NCBI GenBank assembly: GCA_023489235.1
Contig: JAMDDE010000012.1
Location: 34,570-98,569, forward strand
DNA: 64,000 nucleotides
DNA from: Actinomycetota bacterium
GTDB taxonomy: Bacteria > Actinomycetota > Acidimicrobiia > Acidimicrobiales > JAMDDE01
Direction of reading: 5' to 3'
Numbering within the stretch: position 1 is the first letter of the stretch; the number at the start of each line of letters is the position of its first letter. This document shows positions 45,503 to 52,661 of this stretch, piece after piece. The translations under genes and the position numbers were made by a program. The notes beneath the pieces are model-generated. The model was not told where the DNA came from, did no database searches, and saw only the letters and a list, made by a program, of their open reading frames with translations.

Positions 45503-45559
45503 GGTCTAGATGGTGTACAGATACACGAAGATATGCTTTGGATACCCGCTCGAAGGTAA

Positions 45560-45586
45560 TTATCGGTTTGTTGGATGGTCAACTTG
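45560..45586 (-). promoter_or_regulatory. sigma-28-type promoter candidate upstream of the transmembrane MCP gene
   Basis: The minus strand reads CAAG-N15-ACCGATAA, ~57 nt upstream of the ATG at 45502. Confidence 0.45.
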
Positions 45587-45701
45587 AGCTGTTGAGTTGG
45601 CCATCCAACAGGCAATTGGGTCGAAGTACCTACCTCGTTGGCCTCCCCCATGGATACAAGCCAGGGAATGCAACCAAGATCGAAGGGGCCGATGGTCAAA
45701 G

Positions 45702-46967
45702 TCAGTGGCGTATCTTGGCCAGCAGCGATCCCTTTTGACGGTGGTTGCTCTCTTCTTCCTCTATTACCTCGTTGAGTCGCCCTGCCCATTCCTCCAGTGC
45801 CTCCTTGAGCTGCCTCCCGAGGTCCAACCACTCCCGTATCAGGTTGGTGTCACGCTGTACGCCGTTCACTGCTGTCTCGGCCAGATTTTGGGTGAGACGA
45901 TGAAAGTACTGGTGGTCGCTGTTGACCTCTGCATAGTACCTCTGATCGTGCTGCGACTCGGGTAGGTTGTCCAATGTCTGGCCTAGTCTGCAAGCATGGA
46001 AGTCACCTGCCACCTGCACGTCTATGCTTCCCTCACCAAGGAGTGCCCTATAGACACGGAACCTCCAGAGCAGATGGTCGGTGGCGGAGAGCAGGAGTTT
46101 GGTGGCTAGAGAGGCAGGGGGGTACTGAGCCAAGAGAAGCTTGCGTTGCTCCTCGGCGGAGTCCACGCTCTTGGCCAGGAATCTCGATGCTTGAGTAAAG
46201 GAGTCCGCGCTGGTGTGAAAGGCTGTCTGGAGACCCACGACATCACGAGTAACCATCTCCAGTGCAGTGCGTTGTTCAGCCACTGCCTGGAGGCTGCTTG
46301 CTGCCTTCGGTAATAGCGCGGAGAGGCGTTGACTGAACTCGGTGACCTGTTCCAACGCCTCCGATGACTGGGCTTGGTTGGAGATGAGGCGTTGTTGAGC
46401 CTGATGGAGGGCGGCCTGCACTTGATCGGCAGAACCAGTCACATCTGCTAGTACGGTTAAAGCCTCTCCTGTAGCTGCTTTGGTTCGTTGCGCCAATTCA
46501 CGAACCTCGTCAGCTACGACAGCGAATCCACGTCCTGCCTCACCGGCTCTAGCCGCTTCGATAGTGGCATTTAAAGCAAGCAGGTTGGTAGCATCGGCTA
46601 CATCCGTCACTACCTTCACCATGCCGGCAACTCTTTGGACCTGTGAGGTGAACTGGGTCACGCTGTCTACTACATGTGACATCTCCTCTGCGCCTGCAGC
46701 GGTATCCCTGGCCACAGCGGCAGAGGACTGCTGCCAGCTGACCAACTGGTCACGTGCACCAGCCAGGTCAGCTTGAAGGGCGTCACTTTGAGTGGCAATG
46801 GTTTCCACAGTAGCCGATAACTCCTCTGCAGCCGCCGCGACGCTGTCCAGTCGTTCCAGCCCGCTCTCCATGCTCCAGCGGGCCTCAGCCATGGCTTCGT
46901 ATGCATTGATGGCATCCTCTATCTGCATGCTCCAGTTGAGTGCTGGATGGGTCGTCGTAGTCATATC
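45702..46967 (-). CDS. soluble methyl-accepting chemotaxis protein with a C-terminal CZB (zinc-binding) domain
   Basis: Signalling tip [33 protein letters not shown], no TM segment. C-terminal CZB pattern DHLLW...[10 protein letters not shown]...DHQYFH (3His/1Cys). The start at 46967 has a GAGAGGAG SD. The ORF-track ATG at 47015 has none. Confidence 0.85.
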   Translation of the reverse strand, partial: DMTTTTHPALNWSMQIEDAINAYEAMAEARWSMESGLERLDSVAAAAEELSATVETIATQSDALQADLAGARDQLVSWQQSSAAVARDTAAGAEEMSHVVDSVTQFTSQVQRVAGMVKVVTDVADATNLLALNATIEAARAGEAGRGFAVVADEVRELAQRTKAATGEALTVLADVTGSADQVQAALHQAQQRLISNQAQSSEALEQVTEFSQRLSALLPKAASSLQAVAEQRTALEMVTRDVVGLQTAFHTSADSFTQASRFLAKSVDSAEEQRKLLLAQYPPASLATKLLLSATDHLLWRFRVYRALLGEGSIDVQVAGDFHACRLGQTLDNLPESQHDQRYYAEVNSDHQYFHRLTQNLAETAVNGVQRDTNLIREWLDLGRQLKEALEEWAGRLNEVIEEEESNHRQKGSLLAKIRH

Positions 46968-47013
46968 AGCAACTCCTCTCACCTCTGACCCCTTTTCTTT
47001 CTCTTTGATTGTC

Positions 47014-47123
47014 ATACTATTGATCGTTTGGATTGCTTACCTTGTTCTCTTTGTGTCCTGTACCAAGTAGTCGAAGTCGTATGGCTATACTATTGATCGT
47101 TTGGATTGCTCATCCTGTTCTCT
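47014..47123. repeat. two copies of a 37-bp direct repeat (period 73 bp)
   Basis: ATACTATTGATCGTTTGGATTGCTTACCTTGTTCTCT (47014-47050) and ATACTATTGATCGTTTGGATTGCTCATCCTGTTCTCT (47087-47123), with 3 mismatches. They lie in the leader/promoter region of the CZB-MCP gene. Confidence 0.95.
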
Positions 47124-47153
47124 CTACCCCTTTTTGGTCTATTTGGCAAGCGC

Positions 47154-49745
47154 CTACTTGGTCATGGCAAGCACGGACAAGCGTCGGTAGGCTATCTCGG
47201 CCGCGTGCTTCCAGGTGAACTCCGAGGTGATGGTTTCTCTGGCTCTAGCGCCAATCTCTCTTGCCTCCTCAGGATATGCAATCACATGCTGCAGTGTTGC
47301 CTTGAGTTCTCTACGATCCGGTTCGTACCAGCGATAGCCACCCAGAGTGGATGGAGGAAAATCACTGATGGAGGTGGGTCGCTCGAAGGCAGGGATAAGA
47401 TAGGCGTTGTCTTCCCTGCAGAAGTCCATAGCCCCTCCCTTTCCAGTGGCGATCACCGGCAATCCTGACGACATCGCCTCAGCTATGGGCAGTCCGAAAC
47501 CTTCCCCCCGATAGGGGGATACGAGCACGTCACAGCTTCTATACAGGCTGGCCAACTCCTCCTCTCCGAGGTCTTGGTCGATGAGCTCGATTTCAGGGAG
47601 GGTAGGGTCCTTGGATGCTTGGTACAGCATCTTGGCGAAGTTGCCTCGTCGGTAGAGTGTATCCACACCGAATGCCTTTATCACCAGGCAGACATCGCTT
47701 GCAGGAGCGAAAGTGGCCACATAGGCATCCAGCAGCACGTCAATTCCTTTGCGCGCAATTGGACCACCTACGAACAAGAATTTGTATGACCTCTTGGTGG
47801 AGAGGGGGTACGAGCTTCCCTCTGGTTTGAACAGCTCTGTATCGACCCCATTTGGCACTACGTAGACCTTCGATTCATCCACGCCGGATCGTACGTATTG
47901 TTCCTTGACCCAGCTCGATGGGCACCACACCTCATCGGAGTAGGTGTTCAACCCTCTCACCCAAGCTTCGGGTACCCCAATGAACTCCCACGGCTGAATG
48001 GTGACCAATCGTCCATTCCTAGGAGGCGAGAAGTACGGAGGGAATCGATGGCGTACCTCTATGTTCGCTTGGCCGGGATCTCCAAAAGAATAGTGGATTG
48101 CCTGATCCGTCCCATCCCCCTCTCCATCCCTGTGGTTCGTCTCTGGCCTCCCCCTCTGTTCATGGCTTACTTCTAGCCGATGATCGTCTCGGGTTGGAAA
48201 GTCTTTCGTATTCGAGGGAGTTGGTGATTCCTTCGTAGCGTGATGGACGGCCACTCCAAGTTTGACAAGGGCTTTGCCCAGTTCACGGTTGACCCGAGCC
48301 AAACTGTGATGAGCATACACGTCACCAACCCATTTGACGGCTATCGGTGGAGTCGAGCTGGTCCAGGACGGCTCTGTCATTGAAGCTCTTGTTGATACAG
48401 CAGTTCTTCTGCCGTGGAGTTCTTTGGAGATCTCTTTCAGACGAGATTTGGCTAAGTTGGATACAGCCTCCCAGGTGAAGTTGGTTTCTATGTCTTTTCT
48501 GGCCTGTTTGGAGATGGAGTTGAGCCACTTCGGCCTCTTGGCGGTGAAACGGAACAACTCCACCAGGTGATCCTTGGAGGGCTTGGCCCAGCGCTGACCG
48601 TAGTATTGCTCCATGTCCATGCGATCTTCAACTTGGACTAGCCCCTCCGTATCGAGCAACAATGAGTTGTGGTCATTCATGTACTCCAAGTTGCCGCTCC
48701 ATCGGGTGGCTATTACTGGCAGTCCACAGGCCATGGCCTCCATCTGTGGTCGGCCATAGCCCTCTCCCCTGGAAGGAGCTACGTATATGTCAGCAGTTGC
48801 CATCAAACGGACGAGTTCATGAGGGGAGAGAGATCGATGTATTAAAATGATCGGGGCTACCGAGGCGCGTTCCAAGTTCATCCGCTTCAGCTCAGCTGCA
48901 ATGGCAGCTTCAATTTGTTTTGCCGCGTCAGCTGAGGACTTCCAGTTTCGTGGATAGCAGTGCAGGAGCAGGCAGACGTCGTCACTTGGCTTGAATGCTT
49001 CTGCCCAGGCTTCCAGCAGCACGTCGTATCCTTTGCGCAAGCTCCATTGGAAGACGGAGAGGTAAACAGTGCTTCGTAGCCCTGGGATGGGCAAAGGGGG
49101 GCGTCCTGGCCTGAAACGGTTGGTGTCCACTCCTCCTGGAACTACGTAGATTGGCACCTCGACGCCTGAGCGCTTGAAGGTCTCTTGGTTGAAGTGAGAG
49201 GGAACCCACACCTCGTCTACCGAGTTGAGCGTTACTATCCATGGCTCAGGCAGTCCGTCGGTCTCGAACATGGTTCTTGCCACCACGTACTCGAGGCCCC
49301 ATGCGTCCTCATAGGCTACATGCACATCAGGGGGCGCATGTACGATAGCGACAGGAGAGGGTTGGTCTCCCTGACTCACTGATTCGATGAGGAGCTTGGC
49401 CGACCCAGGATCGTCACGTTGGAGAGCGATGCTCATTCCCTCCAGTTCTTTGGTGAATGATCGTGCTCTCAGTGGGTAGCCAACTCTACGAAGTCCAGTT
49501 ACAAACCCCCTGGCCTCTTCGGAGTATCCGCTCCAATCCCATAGAGGACCTATCCAAACAGCCTCCTCCAACCGTTCTCTGGTCTTTGCGTTGCTGAGGT
49601 TTGTGGATGCTTTAGGTAGCCGTTTCTCCAGCCGTTCCATGCCCCTTGTGTTGCTGACCGAGGTGCGACTTCTTGGGTTCTTGGGTGACAAGGCTGGCTC
49701 GGTCATCTCTTGTTCCTCGGTCATCTCTTGTTCGGTCTCGGACAT
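47154..49745 (-). CDS. double GT-B (family 1/4-like) glycosyltransferase
   Basis: It has two complete 'glycosyl transferase group 1' signatures: SRGEGYGRPQMEAMACGLPVIAT and YRGEGFGLPIAEAMSSGLPVIAT. Confidence 0.85.
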   Translation of the reverse strand: MSETEQEMTEEQEMTEPALSPKNPRSRTSVSNTRGMERLEKRLPKASTNLSNAKTRERLEEAVWIGPLWDWSGYSEEARGFVTGLRRVGYPLRARSFTKELEGMSIALQRDDPGSAKLLIESVSQGDQPSPVAIVHAPPDVHVAYEDAWGLEYVVARTMFETDGLPEPWIVTLNSVDEVWVPSHFNQETFKRSGVEVPIYVVPGGVDTNRFRPGRPPLPIPGLRSTVYLSVFQWSLRKGYDVLLEAWAEAFKPSDDVCLLLHCYPRNWKSSADAAKQIEAAIAAELKRMNLERASVAPIILIHRSLSPHELVRLMATADIYVAPSRGEGYGRPQMEAMACGLPVIATRWSGNLEYMNDHNSLLLDTEGLVQVEDRMDMEQYYGQRWAKPSKDHLVELFRFTAKRPKWLNSISKQARKDIETNFTWEAVSNLAKSRLKEISKELHGRRTAVSTRASMTEPSWTSSTPPIAVKWVGDVYAHHSLARVNRELGKALVKLGVAVHHATKESPTPSNTKDFPTRDDHRLEVSHEQRGRPETNHRDGEGDGTDQAIHYSFGDPGQANIEVRHRFPPYFSPPRNGRLVTIQPWEFIGVPEAWVRGLNTYSDEVWCPSSWVKEQYVRSGVDESKVYVVPNGVDTELFKPEGSSYPLSTKRSYKFLFVGGPIARKGIDVLLDAYVATFAPASDVCLVIKAFGVDTLYRRGNFAKMLYQASKDPTLPEIELIDQDLGEEELASLYRSCDVLVSPYRGEGFGLPIAEAMSSGLPVIATGKGGAMDFCREDNAYLIPAFERPTSISDFPPSTLGGYRWYEPDRRELKATLQHVIAYPEEAREIGARARETITSEFTWKHAAEIAYRRLSVLAMTK
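49698..49733. repeat. perfect 18-bp tandem duplication at the 5' end of the GT-B gene
   Basis: CTCGGTCATCTCTTGTTC x2; it encodes the duplicated EQEMTE. Confidence 0.95.
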
Positions 49746-49748
49746 CTC

Positions 49749-51389
49749 TCAGTCATCCTCTATGACCTCGGCTTTGCTGTAGGCATCCATGAAGTTCATC
49801 AGCGTACTCGTAGCAGGTGCATTCGAGGCAAATGAATTGAACAGGGCGGTATTCTCCGGAGAAGGCAGTCGAGAGAGGAGGGTCTGTAGTTCTTCGAGGA
49901 TGGAGTCAGTGATGGATGTAAGTTCTTTGCCGGCAACGGCCAAGAAGGATGGACCAGGTTCATCTGGGACAGGTCTGGGTGACCGAGCTCCGGTTGCTCT
50001 CTCGGGTAAGATGATACCCTCTTCCCAGTGCGTTGTTCTCCTTGCCAGCGCTTCCAGCTGCTTTTTGGTGAATCTCCAACCCGGATCGACGAAGCAGAGC
50101 CATTGACCGAGCGCTAGTACAACTGCAGTGACGATTGCAGCTGGTGTGCCGAGAGGATAACGGTTGCGAATGGCCAACACGTCACCGGACAAGTTGTCTA
50201 ACAGGTATTGAGTGGCATCATTGGAAGCATCGTCCACTATGAGTACTTCGAAATCAAGTTCGCTAGGCAGTACATTTGCTAGAGACTCCAATGAGCCGAG
50301 CAGCGAAGGAGCTTGGTTCCTGGAGACGAGGACAAATGAGATGCGCACCTCTTCTAGCTCATATTCCACCGATGGATTGGCACCATTCATTGCTTCGACG
50401 GTCGTTTTCGATGCAGAGAGGTAGTCGGGTTCGACCGGGTATGGAGATATACCACTTGGCACACGGTGATCGTGGTTTGGTGCTGCTCGATCGTGACCGA
50501 GAGTAGTTCTCGACAGAGCAGCTTCGCCTATCCCCAGTTGGTCCACGAGCGTTCGGAGCTCTTTCTTCAAGGCTTTTTGCTTTTCCCTGTTCATCGAGGG
50601 ATAAAGGGATTGCAGCGCAGTCATACTCCGTAAATCGCCAAGTGCAGTGCTGGCCAAGAGAGCGGCCATAGTGCGTTCACTGGTCTTCGTGCTCGGGTTC
50701 CCAGCCTTGGCCAGAAGTGGGCTCTCGTTGTAGAAGCCTTCCCCATGGAGCCTGATCGACCAGGTGAAGGTCCTCTGGAGAGGAAGTCGGCTGGCCAGCT
50801 TGGCAGCTGCAGCCAGTACGGTCAGGCGGTTGGGGAAGGTGTTGAAGCAAGCTTCCAGGAAGCGGTCGCCTCTCTCTGGTTGCATATGGAGCACCTGAGA
50901 TAGTATCGTCTTTTGCTTGCTCCAAGGAATTAGGTTCACCACCTCCTCGTAGCTCCTATTGGAGTTATCGAGGGATTCAAGTGCTAGTTCGAGGCAATCG
51001 AATGCTCCTTCCCTGTCGAAACGCTCGATCAAGGCATCTGCTGCTTCGGAATAACGGCCCACTTCTACTAGAGCCTTCGCCCTAGAACAAGCCAGCAACA
51101 GTTTTGGGTCGTAGGAGAATCCTTCGTCGTCCAGAGCATTTTCCGGCAGCTCCTCCATGAACTCGAGGGCTTCCTCGAAGTGCAAGGAGGTGACGAGAGC
51201 CCAGCAGTACAGCAGGTCAGCTGTTATTTGTTCATTGCTCATCTCCCTGAGTCGACTGATCCATTTGATTGCCTCCCGCCCGAGCCCTAGCTGGAGGAAC
51301 CGTTGGACGAGGGCGACAACGAGCTGACGCTGCTTGGCAACCTCCTTGGTCCTGGCCAGACGCTCGAGGTAGGAATCTACTTGGTACAT
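49749..51389 (-). CDS. TPR-repeat protein fused to a C-terminal GT2 glycosyltransferase domain
   Basis: The N-terminal ~330 aa are TPR-like helical repeats. The C-terminal part reads ISFVLVSRNQAPSLLGSLESL...FEVLIVDDASNDAT. It ends 3 nt before the start codon of the downstream GT-B gene (47154-49745). Confidence 0.8.
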   Translation of the reverse strand: MYQVDSYLERLARTKEVAKQRQLVVALVQRFLQLGLGREAIKWISRLREMSNEQITADLLYCWALVTSLHFEEALEFMEELPENALDDEGFSYDPKLLLACSRAKALVEVGRYSEAADALIERFDREGAFDCLELALESLDNSNRSYEEVVNLIPWSKQKTILSQVLHMQPERGDRFLEACFNTFPNRLTVLAAAAKLASRLPLQRTFTWSIRLHGEGFYNESPLLAKAGNPSTKTSERTMAALLASTALGDLRSMTALQSLYPSMNREKQKALKKELRTLVDQLGIGEAALSRTTLGHDRAAPNHDHRVPSGISPYPVEPDYLSASKTTVEAMNGANPSVEYELEEVRISFVLVSRNQAPSLLGSLESLANVLPSELDFEVLIVDDASNDATQYLLDNLSGDVLAIRNRYPLGTPAAIVTAVVLALGQWLCFVDPGWRFTKKQLEALARRTTHWEEGIILPERATGARSPRPVPDEPGPSFLAVAGKELTSITDSILEELQTLLSRLPSPENTALFNSFASNAPATSTLMNFMDAYSKAEVIEDD

Positions 51390-51396
51390 GAGGTTG

Positions 51397-51404
51397 TTAT
51401 CGGT
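51397..51404 (-). promoter_or_regulatory. ACCGATAA -10 element 7 nt upstream of the TPR-GT2 ATG
   Basis: The minus strand reads ACCGATAA-caacctc-ATG, with no SD. The -35 is poor (TTAG). Confidence 0.4.
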
Positions 51405-51420
51405 TGTAGAAGAAGATGGC

Positions 51421-51448
51421 TAAAGCACTAGGGGTAGTCAACCGATAT
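51421..51448 (+). promoter_or_regulatory. sigma-28 (FliA/SigD)-type promoter of the flagellin gene
   Basis: TAAA-N16-ACCGATAT, close to the consensus TAAA-N15/16-GCCGATAA/T. It lies ~215 nt upstream of the fliC ATG. Confidence 0.65.
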
Positions 51449-51467
51449 AGATATGTGGTATAACAAC

Positions 51468-51499
51468 AAGTGAGCTATTCATGAAGTGAGCTATTCATG
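51468..51499. repeat. perfect 16-bp tandem duplication in the fliC leader
   Basis: AAGTGAGCTATTCATG x2. Confidence 0.95.
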
Positions 51500-51621
51500 G
51501 AGTCTATTTCCCTCTAGCAACTAACGGCAGAGGAAGGAAACTCTGGGATGCTCGAGGCGGCAAAGCAGTATGCATTGTCGTCAAGGACAAACAAAGCAAT
51601 GATGAAGCAGGACAAGAGATA

Positions 51622-51642
51622 CAGCTCGAAGGAGTCGAGCTG
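51622..51642 (+). promoter_or_regulatory. candidate CsrA binding site 1: GGA in the loop of an 8-bp hairpin
   Basis: CAGCTCGA-AGGAG-TCGAGCTG. The arms are perfectly complementary and the loop presents A-GGA-G. Confidence 0.55.
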
Positions 51643-51650
51643 ATGAGATC

Positions 51651-51658
51651 AAGGAGGA
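51651..51658 (+). promoter_or_regulatory. fliC Shine-Dalgarno / candidate CsrA binding site 2
   Basis: AAGGAGGA lies 7 nt upstream of the ATG at 51666 and ~20 nt downstream of site 1. Confidence 0.55.
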
Positions 51659-51665
51659 AGACAAC

Positions 51666-52505
51666 ATGTCATCTCTTGTAGTAAATACCAATATCTCGGC
51701 TATTCAGGCCTATGACAACCTGAATGCCACCAATAGTGCGCTGTCCACAGCCATATCCAGGCTCTCGTCTGGTCTGCAGATACAGACCGCTGCCGACAAT
51801 CCGGCCGGTTATGTGGTGTCACAACAACTGCTGGCAGAGTCCAACGGTTACGGTGTGGACATCCAGAACGCCCAAAACGGCATCTCGATGATACAGACCG
51901 CCGACGGAGCGCTCGGCCAGATAACCAGCATCTTACAGACCATGAATCAGCTGGCACTCCAGGCGGCCAATGGTACCACCAGTCCATCAGCTGACGCAGC
52001 TGACCAGGCCGAGTTCGTACAGTTACAGAACGAGATCGACCAGATTGCCAACTCGACGAACTTCGCCGGCCAGCAACTCCTCAATCTCAGTGGTGCTTCG
52101 GCGACGATCACCTTCCAGGTAGGAACCGGCAACAATGGTGTGAGCCAAGTAGGTGTCACGTTCTCCTCTGCCACGACCACTGCATTGGGCGTTGCATCTA
52201 CATCCGTATCCATCAGTGGGGTTGCTTCCGCTCAAGCTGCCATCAGTGCTATTGCCTCGGCACTGGCTAGTGTCAACTCGATTGAGGGTAGCCTTGGTGC
52301 CTATCAGAACGAGTTCCAGGCGATCATCGCCAACCTGACTGTAGGTCAGCAGAACATGACCGCTTCCTACAGCCGGATAGTCGATGTGAACATGGCTCAG
52401 GAGATGACCCAGTTCACCACCGACCAGATCCTTATGCAATCCGGTGTGGCCATGCTCTCCCAGGCACAGCAGGAGCCATCGCTCGTGCTGAAGCTCCTTA
52501 CCTGA
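51666..52505 (+). CDS. fliC: flagellin (short, D0/D1-only type)
   Basis: N-terminus: LVVNTNISAIQAYDNLNATNSALSTAISRLSSGLQIQTAADNPAG. C-terminus: RIVDVNMAQEMTQFTTDQILMQSGVAMLSQAQQ. The central segment is Ser/Thr-rich. Confidence 0.93.
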   Translation: MSSLVVNTNISAIQAYDNLNATNSALSTAISRLSSGLQIQTAADNPAGYVVSQQLLAESNGYGVDIQNAQNGISMIQTADGALGQITSILQTMNQLALQAANGTTSPSADAADQAEFVQLQNEIDQIANSTNFAGQQLLNLSGASATITFQVGTGNNGVSQVGVTFSSATTTALGVASTSVSISGVASAQAAISAIASALASVNSIEGSLGAYQNEFQAIIANLTVGQQNMTASYSRIVDVNMAQEMTQFTTDQILMQSGVAMLSQAQQEPSLVLKLLT

Positions 52506-52544
52506 GCAAGGTGATGTAGCCATAGTTCAGTCATAGTTACGGTG

Positions 52545-52576
52545 CTCTGTGGGCTGGATCTGTCCGGCCCACAGAG
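52545..52576 (+). terminator. 13-bp stem hairpin after fliC
   Basis: CTCTGTGGGCTGG (52545-52557), loop ATCTGT, CCGGCCCACAGAG (52564-52576), with one G-U pair. It begins 40 nt after the fliC stop. The downstream tract is weakly T-rich. Confidence 0.6.
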
Positions 52577-52661
52577 TGTCTGTAGGCAAGAGAGGTGTTG
52601 AGTACTTGGCTCAGCTGGAGCGGTTCAGCTAGAGCAACTTACAGGAGGTGCAGTTGGCAGT

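Noticed and set aside
43578-47123. Whether the 24-bp and 37-bp direct repeats represent CRISPR arrays or MITE/IS ends
   Set aside because: Each has only two copies. The 24-bp units are contiguous with no spacer. The 37-bp units are direct rather than inverted. There are no cas, transposase or integrase genes and no target-site duplications.
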